Below, in pieces: positions 23,989 through 37,988 of a DNA stretch of 64,000 nt. Position 1 is the first letter of the stretch, and each line of letters opens with the position of its first letter. Source of the DNA: the human T2T-CHM13v2.0 reference genome, Homo sapiens. Below the pieces are notes generated by a model, which was not told where the DNA came from, searched no databases, and worked only from the letters and a program-made list of their open reading frames with translations. The stretch is taken from NCBI RefSeq assembly GCF_009914755.1, contig NC_060930.1; one strand, written 5' to 3'. The translations under genes and the position numbers were made by a program.

Positions 23989-26224
23989 TCTGTTCAACTT
24001 TGCACGTTTGGCAGCCAGTGTTGGGAGGCACATTGTAGGTGTTCAATCAGCTCCAGTCCCATGGCACGGGGGCTGGGCCGGGTGCAGGTAGAAAGGTTTG
24101 GAATTCAGGAATCTGGCAGGCTGGCAGTCATGCCACCATCCAGGAGGGAGACTGAGGGGTTGCAGGCAGGTGGCAGGCGGACCTTGAGGTCAGGGCACAG
24201 CCAGTTCCCTAGAGGAGGTGATAGTTGAGGCAGGCCTTGAGACAGTATGTTGTTAGCTGTAGGTGCTCAGTAAATGCCAAGAGTAAGGCTGCCAACACGT
24301 AGCGAGAGCATGGCATTTGCCTGGCACTGTCACTTTCTCATGGAGGGCTCATGCTGGTTCAGGGAGGTGGGATTATCTCCACAGTCCCCCGTGACAGAGG
24401 AAGACATGGTGGCTTGGGGGCATGCAGGCAGCTCGCAGGAGGTGGGGCTGGATGTCAGTGGCACCTGCGTGACTCCGGAAGCCACGTGGTTACCCCTGTG
24501 CTCGCTCGAGGGGGTAACTGTTAGGATGAAGTGAAAAGAGCCACCACATTGTAAATGGTTTGTGTTTAAGGTGCTGGTTTTAAAACTTTGTGTAAATGTC
24601 CTGAGTTGGCTTTTCTGCCCCTGCCCCTCGCCCTTGGGCAGGTCCTCAGCAGAGCTCCAGGGTCAGGCTCCATGCAGGGCTCAAGCCACTGCCTGCGATG
24701 GACTCAGGAGCCCTGAACTCTTTTCGGTTTAAAATCACTGGGCTTGTGGAGAGAAATGGGAGGGTTCGCTTTTTTTTTTTTTTTTTTAACTGGAGGATTA
24801 TTACAAGGTGTGCATGGTCCAGGCATTCTGCCCCTTCAGATACCAAAACTATGGTGAGTGTGTGTGTGTGTACACGTGTATGAGAGAGAGGGAGAAATAG
24901 GAACGATATGAGGATAAATTTGAATCATATATTCACCTAATGAATAGCCTCCTTTAATTGGGGTGACTTAGTGCCTGGGGAGGCTTCTTGGGGAGGGCAT
25001 AAGATGTTCGGGACTCACAGCCTTGAGGAGAAGGTGGGCAGCCATCCACCTGGGGTTTCTGCCCAGCAGGTGTTCTGTGAGCTGAAAGCTGACAGGCTAT
25101 GGTTGTGTCCTGAGTGTGGGCCACAGTGACACCCCCATACCAGCATTTGGCTGGTGAGAAATCTGCCTTTTGAGGCTTCCCAGGCACACCATATGATTAA
25201 ATACTGCTCAGAAGGATATAGTCCCTTCATTATAAAAAATTAGAATACATACTAACTCTTTCTTCTCCATTGGGAATAAAAAGCAAACTCCACCTCCTTC
25301 CCATCCCCACCCTAAGTTCAGGTTTTGCACAGTCCCAGGTTGGGAGGGAAGTGCTGTGACCTCTGAGGGGAGTGCCTGGGGCTGATGACTTTGGGGGCTG
25401 CTGTGCCTCTTCTCTTCCGACTCCTAAAGACAACCTTTTGGTCCTTGGAGGACTTCTGGGGCTGAAGTGCTATGTGGCTTTGTTGTTGTTGTTGTTGTTG
25501 TTAAATTATCTTTAAAATATTTACATGTGTGTTTAATTTCCCAGAGTTTCGCCATCTGTTACATGCTCGGTACTGCTGGAGTTCAGCAGCTGTGGGCATG
25601 AAGAAGCGGTTCCCTGGGACCCCGCCCTCCCCACCGTGGGCATCGTTAATTACAGTGTACTCTTCCAACTCCCTTCCACTAAGAATGAGCCTTTTGTTAG
25701 CAGTGCTCAGATGATCATCCCACCGGAAATTTGTTTTTAAGCACCCAGGTCTCTAAAGACCGTGCTTCTCTCTCACTGGGAGTGCTGCATTAGCCTAAGA
25801 CATCTTTAATTATAGGCCACGGAAAAAAATACCAACACCCTAACAGTATATTTTTCTCTTAACAAGAACAAACTTAATTTCCTCAGGCTAAGCCACAAGA
25901 GCAGATTTGTACTTGAAAGTCACGTGGAAAACAATGGGGGCCTCTGCCTCGGTGCTGTGTGAGGGAGGTGTCACCTGCCTGTTTCCAGAAAGCCCAGGGT
26001 GCAGCCCCCAGCGGTGTCCACGCATCTCTGAACCGTTTCCTGTTCCCAGGAAACAAGAGGAACCCTGGAAAGCCACAGCAGCGATGGATTCCAATGCAGT
26101 GTATCTAGGAGTTCCGCATTAATTTAAAAAGGTAGATGTCTCATCCCTGTTGCATGTTTGAATCTCTAATTAATGTCATGGGAAATATGTTAGTTAACAA
26201 AACGTCATAGAAGATGTCAAGGAG

Positions 26225-27910
26225 CACCCGCCCTGTGACAGCGTAATGCTGGGTGCCCGCGGCCGCGCTGGGAAAACAGACGCGCACACACATTCTCCAT
26301 GTGGTGGGTCCAGAGCGATACGAAAGCTCCCGAGGGCGCCGCGTGGGGTCCTGCGGGGGCTTCCTAGAGGCGGCGGGAGTGGGAAGGGAAGGATAGCCGG
26401 AGGGATGAGGGCCTGGCCTGGCCGTGGGGTGGGAGAGAGGACGGGTGGGACGGGCAGTGGGGCTGCAGGCATCTGAGATGAGATGCCCTGTTGGAGAGCG
26501 AGGCCCCTCTCAGCCAGAAAATGGGAGCCACTGAAAGTTTAAAAACAAGGAAATCACATGGGCAGCCTCCAACTTCGGCGAGTCCGACTTCGGCGAGTCC
26601 TGTGTGGCAGGAGATGGGCTGGCAGGAGCGGGAGGAAGGTCTCCGTGAGTGACCATCAGGACACGAAGGCAGGAAGCTCAGACACGCTGATCCTTCCACA
26701 TGAAGCAGAAAGGAGGGAGGACCCCACTTTTAACAGAGCAGTGATTCTGAAGCCACGGACCCGATAAGGACCTCAGCAGAGCCGAGGGAGGGGGGAACTC
26801 AGCTGTGGCCTAGACGAGCACCGCAGGTGGTTGAGAGGGGCCGGGGTGCAACCAGGGGACGCCCTGGGACGGAACCCAGCAGACAGTCTGGGCTGGAGAC
26901 AGGGTTTGGGAACGGGGGCAGGAAACGGTCAGGCATTGCCCAGGGAGAGTTTGTGGCGGGAGAAGAGGCGAATCCCTGCGGTGCGGGGAGCTGGTGTTGA
27001 AGAGAAAGGTGGAGTTGGGGGACTCCTACAGAAGATATGGGCCTGGTGGGCAGGAGGGCATCCCGGAACCAGGGGGCAGAGCTGCTGGGAAGAAGGAGGG
27101 CCCGTGCCGTGGGAGGAGGACGAGGCGCAAAGTTCAGGAAGGAAGGACCTGGAGCCGGGCCGGAGCCTTGGAGGGAGGAGAGAGGGGAGGCCGGAGTTGG
27201 AGCGTCCACCACGGTGACCGCTGTTCCCACCAGGCACTGCCCAGGGGCTGCCCATTTTCCTTCAGTCCCCACGGGGGATGTTGTGATTTGACAGGTGAGG
27301 AGAGCAAGTCTCCTAGACAGGTCGTTTTCCCAAGGCCGTGCAGTTCCCACAAGTTCAAATGTGACCTGCGTCGGGCAACTCCAAAACACTGCCGCCGTCA
27401 GCTCCAGGTGGCCCTGCAGGGAGGGGTCCCCGGTGTCCTCTGTGAATTGGAATCGGAGGCTGACTCCTCAGAGTGTGAGAAGCTGGCGGGCCTGGCGGCT
27501 GGGGACGTGCTGCGGTGTGCGTGTATCGGGCTGAGGACCTGCCAGGTTGGACGTCCCTGCCGTGAGTGGTGTCCTCAGAGGCCGCGGTTCTCTGCAGCAG
27601 CCCTGGGCAGTCTGCAGCAGGGAAACCTCTGGTCGAGTGGGTCCAGGGGGAGCCTTGGTGGCCAAGTCTGCTGTGTGGCCGCAGTAGAATCCTGAGCCTG
27701 GGTGAGGGGGAAGAGCAGAAGTTTCCTTCCCACATTTCTGGAGGCTGGGGGTGCAAGATCAAGGCGCCGGCGTCCCCGGGGCCTCCTGGCTGTGTTCTTG
27801 GAGGCTAGAGGGCGCTGGAGGCCGCAGGAAGCCTCTTGTGTGACGGCCTTGATCCCCTTCACTGGGAGGAGACCTGGAGCTAGTCATCCTCCAACACTAT
27901 CACGTCGGCA
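26225..27910. promoter_or_regulatory. CpG/GC-rich unique segment (weak CpG-island-like)
   Basis: NotI site GCGGCCGC at 26259-26266 and many CpGs outside any recognisable repeat; CpG obs/exp not computed. Confidence 0.4.
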
Positions 27911-29160
27911 ACGCCTGGGTCTTGGAGGGGACACATTCGAACCTCAGCCAGGTACAAGCAGGTAAGGCAGAGAAACGGGGGTGCAGCTTCTGGGGGCTCG
28001 AGAGCCTCAGAGGAGCTTTCCACACCTCAGTGCCCAGTTCCCACCCGCCATGGCATCCTCAGGATGGGAAGGGTCCCTGCCGATGAGTCCCCCTTGCTGG
28101 CACAGCCTCTCCCTTTCCCCGGAAGCCGACTTGAGCAAGCAGTCGGCTCACACCACATTCCTCACTACCCCCTTCCTGGGCCTCCTCCTTGATTGCCTGG
28201 CACATCTGCCCCGACACCCACCTGTAAACCGCAAGGCCAGGCACCCTGGGGCCTCTTCCTGACCGTGCCCCCGACACCTCACAGAGTGTTTGCACGTGAG
28301 ATGTTTGGTGGCTTGTGACTCCATGATGGCCTCGCCCCATCCCTGTCATGCAGTGTCTCTGCAAATCCACCATGACCCCACCCTGCCATGTGGCATCCCT
28401 GCAGCCCCCTGGAGCTGCTCCCCTCGAGGTCCTCAGCGACCTCCTGAGGGTTGGTTAACGTAAGGTGAATTCCAGCCCTAAACCCCCCTGGGGTCAGAAT
28501 CTCCTGTTAGACACGCTCATAGCTCCTGCAACTTTTCCTTGATGTCACTTGTTAACCGGCTTGCATAATGAGTTACTTAGTAAATGGTGATGTGTCCCGT
28601 CTTTGCTACAGTCTCTGCTCCACACGGGCCGGGCAGCGTCTGAGTGGGTCCTCTGCCTCCCGGTGAGGGCAGTGCCAGGCTCAGGGTGGACCTTGGGCTC
28701 AGCAAGTGCTCCCAGCAGCCCTACCATGGCAGCCCCCACTCCTTCCAGTGACAGAAACAGGCTCTCTTTGGCTTTGCCGACAACATTCTCTTATGGTTTT
28801 CCTCCCTCCTCCTCCCCCTGCTCCATGGATGAAGTGCAGGAAGTCCGAATCTCGTCTTGACTCTGCGTGATATTTCTCTAGCCCTGAGCACACTTCCAGC
28901 TCACTGTTTAAATGAGGTGGGGTGGGCCACATGGTCTCTGGAACCTTTCTGTGAACCCCCTAAGGTACAGCTTGGAGCTTGTTCCAGGGGTAAGCCTTCA
29001 TGTGGGGAGTGGTCTCTAAGGCCCCCCATTCTGGATGTGTGGATTATCATACTTATTATTATTGTTTTCTGGGAATAGAGTCTGGCACTTTCATCAAATT
29101 CTCAAAGGGTTCTGGCTCCCCAAGAAACATAAGAACTGCGGGTTTGTGGCTCCCGCGAGC

Positions 29161-29231
29161 CCAGGATCACATCTGCCGGTTACCCCGAGGTCCCCCAGGA
29201 TCACGTCTGCCGGTCACCCCGAGGTCCCCAT
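29161..29231. repeat. 34-bp tandem duplication
   Basis: ccaggatcacRtctgccggtYaccccgaggtccc at 29161 and 29195. Confidence 0.92.
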
Positions 29232-30354
29232 CTTCCTCTGTGAGTTAGAATTGGAGGCTGATTCCTGTTGGGGGTATGCAAGTTCTTCAGGGACCACAGC
29301 TTTTGTCTGCTAAGACCTTAAAAAGGAGACACAGATTGGGCACCCTCTAGATGCTGAGCCCTAGGACGGGGGCTGGCATCTTCCGTCTCTTTAAGTCCTC
29401 ACATCTGCCTGGAAGTGGGCACCATCACCCCCTTTTACAGAAACTGAAAGGCCAGGATCAAATGCTTGGTAGAGTCAAAGCTGAGATTTTAATCCATGTC
29501 TCCAGATTATTTTAATTGTTTTCCTTGTTCTGCCATAGATGTTAAATTGCTGGCAGATAAAAAAGCATGGTGATGTGATGGGCACGTTCTTATAAAAGCT
29601 TTATTACTAAATTTTTAGTTTCAAAATGTCATTTATTTACTGAAACTCTTGATTTATTTACGGAAACAGCTTGATTTTTAAACGGATCATGTTCTTGCTA
29701 TTGCTCAATGGCACCAGCTTTTCTTTAACGTACAGGGCAGATAACAGCCCGTGAAGCTGAGCAATCCGTGCTTGTGAATTTGGCTTTTAGAACTTTGCTT
29801 TCTACCTAGGCAGGATGTGTTATTAGGCAGAGTTTTGAGTCAATAGTGCATTGTGCCCAGAAGACCCAGAGGGCTTTAGATCACTTGAGGTTGTGGCAGG
29901 TACGGTTGCTGGTGCCAACACAAATAGCCCGTGTGTTTACCCAGCACAAAGACGTGAAGCTGGCCGTGACTTCCTGACAGCCATCCCAAAGGAAAGGCAG
30001 GAAGAGGGCAAGAGATCCACCTGCAGTATCGTGACGGAAGTTTTCACGTTGTTAAAAAAGTATTCGACTTTCTATTGAATTACAATACGAAGAACAATAT
30101 GCACAAAACTTTTTTCCCTCAGAAAACTCCCAGACTGAGGAGAAATTTGTCTCCTTCCCCAGATGAACTCCGCGTAACGTGGCTGAGTGCAGCGACCCCA
30201 TCTCCTCCCCCGAACAGGTGAACGCATCCCCCTGCCCTGGGCTGGCTGGCAACCAAACACGTAGTAACTCTGGATTCAGAGTTCGAGATTCAGAACTGAG
30301 TGGACTTTAGACAAGCATAGAGCGATGCTGGGAACTCTCCCACCGGGTTTGGAG

Positions 30355-30444
30355 CCACGTGGAGGTAGCGTGGGGAGGAAAAGCTGCTGCAAGAAGAAAC
30401 CACGTGGAGTTAGCGTGGGGAGGAAAAGCTGCTTCAAGAAGAAA
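30355..30444. repeat. 45-bp tandem duplication
   Basis: ccacgtggagKtagcgtggggaggaaaagctgctKcaagaagaaa at 30355 and 30400. Confidence 0.94.
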
Positions 30445-30692
30445 GGACGCAGGGGAGGAGCAGGGAGGCAAGGGTCTGAGTGGAATGCGGTTGCAGCCAG
30501 GGGCTCCGTGGGCACAGGCCCAGGCTGGACCTGGGAATGGGCCGCATGGCCTCCAGTTGTGCTTGGCTGTGAATGCCCAGGTGAGCTTAAGGGCTGGCAA
30601 GATGTTGCCAGGAGACCAGAGACACCAGACCCTGGCAAGTCCATGCCACCCCTCTGCCTTTTGGAAGCCCCTTCCCTATGCATCAGGTGGAA

Positions 30693-30853
30693 CTGAACAC
30701 GGTGAGCATCTACCTGAGGACCCCGTGCTACCTGAACACGGTGAGCATCTACCTGAGGACCCCGTGCTACCTGAACACGGTGAGCATCTACCTGAGGACC
30801 CCGTGCTAACTGAACATGGTGAGCATCTACCTGAGGACCCCATGCTACCTGAG
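30693..30853. repeat. Minisatellite, 39-bp unit, 4 copies
   Basis: ctgaacacggtgagcatctacctgaggacccc.. at 30693, 30732, 30771, 30810. Confidence 0.96.
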
Positions 30854-31484
30854 CAGGTGAAGATGATTCAGCCACAGTGAGCTGAGTGAGTGGACCAAAC
30901 AAACTTGCTTCTCGCTGTGATCTGGGGGTGGAGGCTCTTGAGGACAACATGATTCATTGCAGATTTGCACCCTCCATGGTGACATGAATAACCCACTCTC
31001 TGAGATCTCACAAGTACAGGCCACAGCCCAGCCAGCCTGGGGGCCAGCAGGGCCCCAGCAGCTTGGTGACCCCTTCACCCGAGCAGGGCCTGTGGGGGTG
31101 GGGAGGGTGGGAAGGAGCTTCTGCTGTGGTCCCTTCCTCATCCTGCTGAGTCCAGGAATCCCAGGAACAGATCAGCCTCTTCCTGGCTTCAGTGCGCATG
31201 TATTTCAGCCTGCTCCATGGTGTTCAGCATTGCTGCCCACTGCAAGACTGCAAAGCAGAGAACTGGCCCTGTGGCGTCCATGGTCTCTTATATTTCTGTG
31301 ATTGAGGGGACTCACCGATCTTATTATAACCGGATAACCGGCATTCAGGGAGAGCTGCCCTCAGAAAGCAGGAGAGGGACTGGGTTGATTCCCTTGTCTC
31401 ATGTCCTGTGAATTTTCTGCAGAAGGGAAGCTGGCTGGAGGTGCCATGGCTTGTGGTGTGTTGGCCCCTTCACTCATTACAAGT

Positions 31485-31600
31485 GGCAGTGTGTGCTTTT
31501 CAGATAATCCCTGCTGCAACCCTGTGAGGAAGGGGCTGTTTTTGTCTTGCCCATTTTTCAGATGGGGAAATGGAGGTACACGTGGCCAGGGAGGAGCCCA
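31485..31600 (-). mobile_element. MIR fragment
   Basis: caaccctgtgagg...cccatttttcagatggggaaatggagg. Confidence 0.6.
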
Positions 31601-32609
31601 CTTGGAGCACTGGCCACCCTTCCCACAAAACGGCAGCTGCCCTCCGTGGTGACAGCTCATGTGCTGTGCATGCCCTGACCATCACCTCTGGTGTCTCCCC
31701 TCACTTCTTTGGAAGACCCTCCTACTGGGACTCTAAGGGCTGAGGGGTCTGTGAGGGACCCCCTGTGCGGGTGGCCCTCGTGGGATTCCCTCAGCCCTGC
31801 CCAGTGGCCTCCCTCAGTCCTGTGCCCAGGTCCCTTGGTGCTGTCTGCCAGTGACCATCACAGCTGGTCCTGCAAAGCACTAAGCCTTCAGCTCCTGCCT
31901 TCAAGAGCTGCCTGCAGAGGATGCACAGAAAAGAGGTAGAGAAGTTGGCCGTGCTCCCTTCTCCCTCACCCCCAGGGCTTGCCTCACCCCAGGCATCCTC
32001 TGGGAGTTTAGAATTCTTCCACTCGTCCACACTGCCCATGGACACACAGGCCTCGGTGCTGCTCTGCAACCCCCGTCAGACACCTGGGGAGGTGATCCCT
32101 TAAGGACATATTTTCCTGGACTAAAAGGCTGAGGATTGATTGTGTCGCTGTCTCAGAGGAGGGCTCGCTCCCAGCACAGGTGTCGCTCAGGGATCCTGTG
32201 TGAAAGGCAGGCAGGGTGTTTGCTGAGCTTGGTGGCTTCTCTTTGACATCACTAAAGTACAGATGGCTGTGCTGAGTGGAAGCGGCCCCGCCCTGAGACA
32301 TTCTGGGGTGGAGGCCCTGGCCAGGGCCCGGTGGTGCAGCTCATCCACCTGCCCTCCTTAGCCGCCACACCAGGGGATGGACCAGGGCAGTGGCTCAGGC
32401 CTTTTGGGGCTGGAGAAGCCGGGACCCAGCTGCTGGGTCTCCATGCCGGAGAGAAAGGAAGAGGGCAGGCCCCCTTGTGCAGTCAAAACTGGCATTGAGT
32501 TAAAGTAATCCTCAGTCAACTGAGACAAGTTAAAACCCACACTGAGCACTGCGCGTTCCTGATGGCATTAAGCTTCTCAGTGTTCACGGAGAGGCAGCCT
32601 GGAGGTTGG

Positions 32610-33840
<1,231 letters not shown>

Positions 33841-34151
33841 CTCCTAAGGCAGGGCTGTGGCAACTGGGCTGCTGTGAGCTCTGAATCTGAGGGACAGTCC
33901 TGGACAGAAGCAAATGGACGACTCCAAGGAGTCTAAGGCAGACAATGGGAGGGATGCGGCTGACACAGTGCCAGGCCAGGCCCATACGGGGCTGTCCGAG
34001 TTATTCCCACCAAACTCCTGGAAAAATGCAAAACATTGCAGGTTACCCTTGAGCCCAGGGCAAAGGCCCTTTGACCTTCTTGGGCAATCCTGCTGCAAGT
34101 ACGATGACGTATCGGAAATGAACCATTGGTGCACAGATCATAAGGCACAGT

Positions 34152-34735
34152 TGTAACCTACCATAAACAGAAAGTATCTGAGACAGGTCTCAATCAATGT
34201 AGAGGTTTATTTTGCCAAGACTGAGGATGTGCCTGGGAAAAAGGAACACAAAACCACAGGAACATCTGAGATTTCTGCTTTGTCCAAGCAGGGTTTGGGG
34301 ACTTCAATATTTAAAGTGGAAAGAGAAGGCAGTAGGGGAAAGAGGGAAAAAAAGTTGGGAGGGGATAGGAAAAAGGGGCAATGGCTGTATTCTTTCGAGG
34401 CCTTGATCAGCATTCACTGAATCCACATTTTACATAGTAGGCAGCAGAGGAATAGTCAATTACACATTGTCTCACTCTGTGAACCTGCACTAATAGGCAT
34501 TTGTCTCAGGTGGGCGGAGGGATGACTCCTGGTCCCGTCTTTCTCCTGTACCTGTGAAGATAAACTGGTAATTTACATTGTCGGGGTGAAATTCAACAGA
34601 ACTCTTTTAGGGTAAAGATCGTGGGGCCCACAAGGAATTTCCCTGTGAACAAATTGTGAAGGAGACCCCCCAGGGAGGGACGTGGCCTTTTATCTTTGAA
34701 GGTACAAAAATGACAGGCAGTTTTGTGTGGCCAAA
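34152..34735 (-). mobile_element. MER4-group LTR (MER4A-related), incomplete
   Basis: aaagtatctgagacaggtctcaatcaat..tttattttgccaag; ggggtgaaattcaacagaact; agggtaaagatc..gcccacaaggaatttcc. Confidence 0.8.
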
Positions 34736-35319
34736 GGTCAAAAGCCCCTGCTGGCTGTGGAGTCTTGCATGTATTTTTGTTTACTGTTGTCCTCATCTGG
34801 ACTCGGCCTGTTTTTGTGATGGCCACAAGAGGACCTCAGCACTCAGGCGAGGCTTCAGAGCTCAGAGCCAGGTGGCCACCTGCTGCCTCGCCCGTGTGGA
34901 CGGGGGATGCCCTCCTCTCAGAGACGCATATGGACCAAGTTGTCTCTGCTGGTATCCAAACTTCTTCTCCACAGGCCTGTGGGGAGGCCTCAAACCCAAG
35001 ACCCCCACCCAACTTGGGTCAATCAGGTAAGCTAGGAATGGAAGAGAACTGGAATATTCAGGCACCGTTTTCCTTCCATAGCTGACAGCTGAATACTGAT
35101 TTAGTTACCACGAAGAAAGAGGGGAATGTGGGTGGCAGACCTAGGTGGCCTCCCTGGAATTCCATGTCCCAAGTGGTCCTTCAATTGCAATGTGAATACA
35201 GCTGTGGTACCTCAGTCAAGATTCCTGCCTTTTTGTGAATCCACCTTCCTGCACTGCAATGGACGTGTGGCTTCTTGGTGCCTGGCCTCCACGAATCCGA
35301 CTCCTGGCAGCCCCTGACT

Positions 35320-35762
35320 TCTTTTGGGGGATTCCTCCTGCTCCCACTCTCAGGTCATGCAGGTTCAGTGGAATGGATTCGGGTTCCATCTCCAGGGAAG
35401 CAAGAGGTCAAGCCTGGAATCCTCTGAAGAAAGGGTTTGGTTCAGCCATGAATGTTTTGCTCAAGTTAGACTAATCAGAATCAGGATTTAATTCTGGGGT
35501 TTTGGTGTGAACTGAGTGAAGCAGCAGGATGTAGTCCTGCCATTTTTCAGGGACAAGAGAGGCGTGGTCTCAGAAGAGAGCTAACACAGAGAGGGATAAT
35601 CTAGGGGAGGGAAAGGAGAGATCAGAGCATATCTGAGCACTTGAGGTCTGTCCTGGCTTGCTCAGGCCTCCACAACCAAGTACCATGAACTGGGCAGCTT
35701 ATCCAATGGAAACTTCCTGTCTCTGTCCTGGAGACTAGAAGTACAAGATCAAGGTGTTACCT
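35320..35762. mobile_element. Old MLT1 fragments (MLT1K-like + at 35320-35645; MLT1A-like - at 35649-35762)
   Basis: ctaatcagaatc...gccattttt...agctaacacaga; then caaccaagtaccatgaactgggcagctt...tcctggagactagaagtacaagatcaaggtgt. Confidence 0.6.
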
Positions 35763-35804
35763 GGACCCTGTGGCTCAGGTCGCGGCCTCCTTAAGGGATT
35801 TGCT

Positions 35805-36340
35805 ATTTCCTTTGTGATTTATTGATCCAATGGTGGTCAAGAGTGTATGGTTTAATTTCCACGTATTTTGAATTCAAGTAGTGTGATATTTCTCCAGCTC
35901 TGTGGTTTTTGCTCAAGATTGCTTTGGTTACTTGGGGTCTTTTGTGGTTCCATAAGAAATTAAGGGTTTTTTTTTAATCCTGTGAAAAATGTTATTGGAA
36001 TTTTGTTAGGGATTGCATTGAATCTTTAATCACTTTGGGGAGTATGGACATTTTAACAATATTAATTCTTTCAATTCATGAACATGGAATATCTTTACAT
36101 CTTTTTATAAAAACTTCTTCAGTTTTTCTCACCAGTGTTTTATAGTTTTCAGTGTACAGATATTTCACCTCCTTAGTTAAACTTATTCCTAAGTATTTCT
36201 CTAGCTATTGTAAATTGAATTGTTTTCTTAATTTCTTTTTTAAATATATTGTTAGTATACAGCAATGCTACTGATTTTTGTGTGTTGATTTTTTATCCTT
36301 CAACTTTACTGAATTTGTTTGTTAGTTCTAACAGTTTTTT
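35805..36340 (-). mobile_element. L1 ORF2 antisense segments (35805-35874 and 35875-36340)
   Basis: tttaatttccacgtattt; tgtgaaaaatgttattggaattttg..gggattgcattgaatct; aatgctactgatttttgtgtgttgattt. Confidence 0.92.
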
Positions 36341-37590
36341 AAAGCTATAGTAATCAAAACAATATGGCAGTGGCACAAAAAACATACATATAGACCAGTG
36401 GAACAAAACAGAGAGCCCAGAAATAATCCATGCTTTTACAGTTCATTGACTTTCAACAAAGAACACACAATGGGGAAAGGACAGTCTCTTCAATAAATGG
36501 TGTTGGGAAAACTGGATATCCACATATAGAAGAATGAAATTAGACCCTTACCTCACACCAGACACAAAAATCAACTAAAAATGGATTAAAGACTTAAACA
36601 TAAGAACTGAAACTGTAAAGCTACTATAAGAAAACACAAGGAGAAACCTCCATGACATTGGCCAGGGCAATGAATTTTTTTAATATGAATCCTAAAAGCA
36701 CTGGCAACAAAAGCAAAAATAGATAAATGGGATTACATCAAGCTAAAAAGCTTCTGCACAGTGAAGAAAATAATCAACAGAGTGAAGAGACAACCTGTGG
36801 AACAGGATAAAATATTTGCAAACTATGCATCCAATAATGGGTTAATATCAAAAATATATGAGGGATTCAAACAACTCAGTGGCAAGAAAACAAATAATCT
36901 GATTAGAAAATGAACAAGAAACCTGAATGGATATTTCTCAAAAGAAGACAAACGTTTCTCAAAAGGACATATGGATGGCCAAAAGGTATATGAAAAAATG
37001 CTCAACATCACTAATCATCAAGAAAATGCACAATGAAATATCACCTCACTTCTGTTAGGAGAGCTGTTATCAAAAAGATAACATGTTGGCAAAGATGAAG
37101 AGAAAAGGGAAGCCTTGTAGACTGTTGGTGGGAATGTAGATTAGTGCAGCTATTGTGGAAAACAGCATGAAACTTCCTCAAAATATTAACAAAAGAACAA
37201 CCACATGATTTGGCAATTCCACTTCTGAGTATATATCCAAAGGAAATGAAATCAGTATGTTGAAGACATATCTGCGCTCCATGTTCATTACAGCATTATT
37301 TACAGTAGCTAAGATTCTAAAATCAACCTAAGCGTCTGCCAACAGATAAATGGATAAAGAAAATGTTACTATATATACACAATGGAATACTATACAGCCT
37401 TTAAGAAGAAAGAAATTCTGTCACTTGTGACAATATGGGTGGAATTGGAGAACATTATACTAAGTGAAATAAGCCAGGCAGAGAAAGACAAATACTGCAT
37501 GATCTTATTTATATGTGACATTTATAAAAGGTAAATGCATAGGAGAAGAGAGTAGAATGATGGTTCTTAGAGGATACAGGGGGATGGGGG
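36341..37590 (+). mobile_element. L1MA ORF2 3' part and 3' UTR start; no poly-A
   Basis: aaagctatagtaatcaaaac...acagtctcttcaataaatggtgttgggaaaactgg...aagtgaaataagccaggcagagaaagacaaatactgcatgat. Confidence 0.93.
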
Positions 37591-37887
37591 GCCCTAACGG
37601 GGCAGGATGGCGGCACCTCGGTTCTGGCCTGACATCTGTGCCCTGGCTGATGCAGGAGCAGGGAGGCCCTGACGGGGCAGGACGGTGACACCTCCTCTCC
37701 ACACCTCTGCAGCAGAAGATCGTGCCTCCTGGTGGGGATGATTATTGATTAAAGCATCTGAATTCAATCAGAAGCTGTTTCCTGGTCCTCACATGTGTTT
37801 TCATTACCAACAGACCTGATCATTCTCTTTCCTTCCCTCTATTGATTTAAAAAGAGCAGCCTGGCCAAAGAATAAAGAAAGCAGCCC

Positions 37888-37988
37888 AGCACACACACAC
37901 ACACACCCCCACACATGCATGCACCATCCCCCCCCTACACACCCCTCCCACATGCACATGTGTGTGCGCACATACACATGCACGCACA
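37888..37988. repeat. (CA)n-rich simple repeat
   Basis: cacacacacacacacac followed by degenerate CA/TG alternation. Confidence 0.85.

Noticed and set aside
24770-24860. Possible small exon (T18, GAG acceptor at 24795, ATG/GTGAGT donor at 24853)
   Set aside because: The donor is good, but the acceptor is weak and no partner exons can be established without transcript data
26799-27862. ORFs of 196-233 aa in the GC-rich segment
   Set aside because: Overlapping ORFs on both strands with Gly/Arg/Pro/Ser bias and no recognisable domain; expected from stop-codon scarcity
28990-29150. Possible hAT DNA-transposon relic (ttctcaaaggg...aagaactgc)
   Set aside because: Too degenerate to delimit or assign by eye
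30276-30950. Repeat-protein ORFs (EHGEHLPEDPVLP; ARGPQVDAHRVQ)
   Set aside because: The 39-bp and 45-bp repeat units are multiples of 3 and keep frames open on both strands; no gene context
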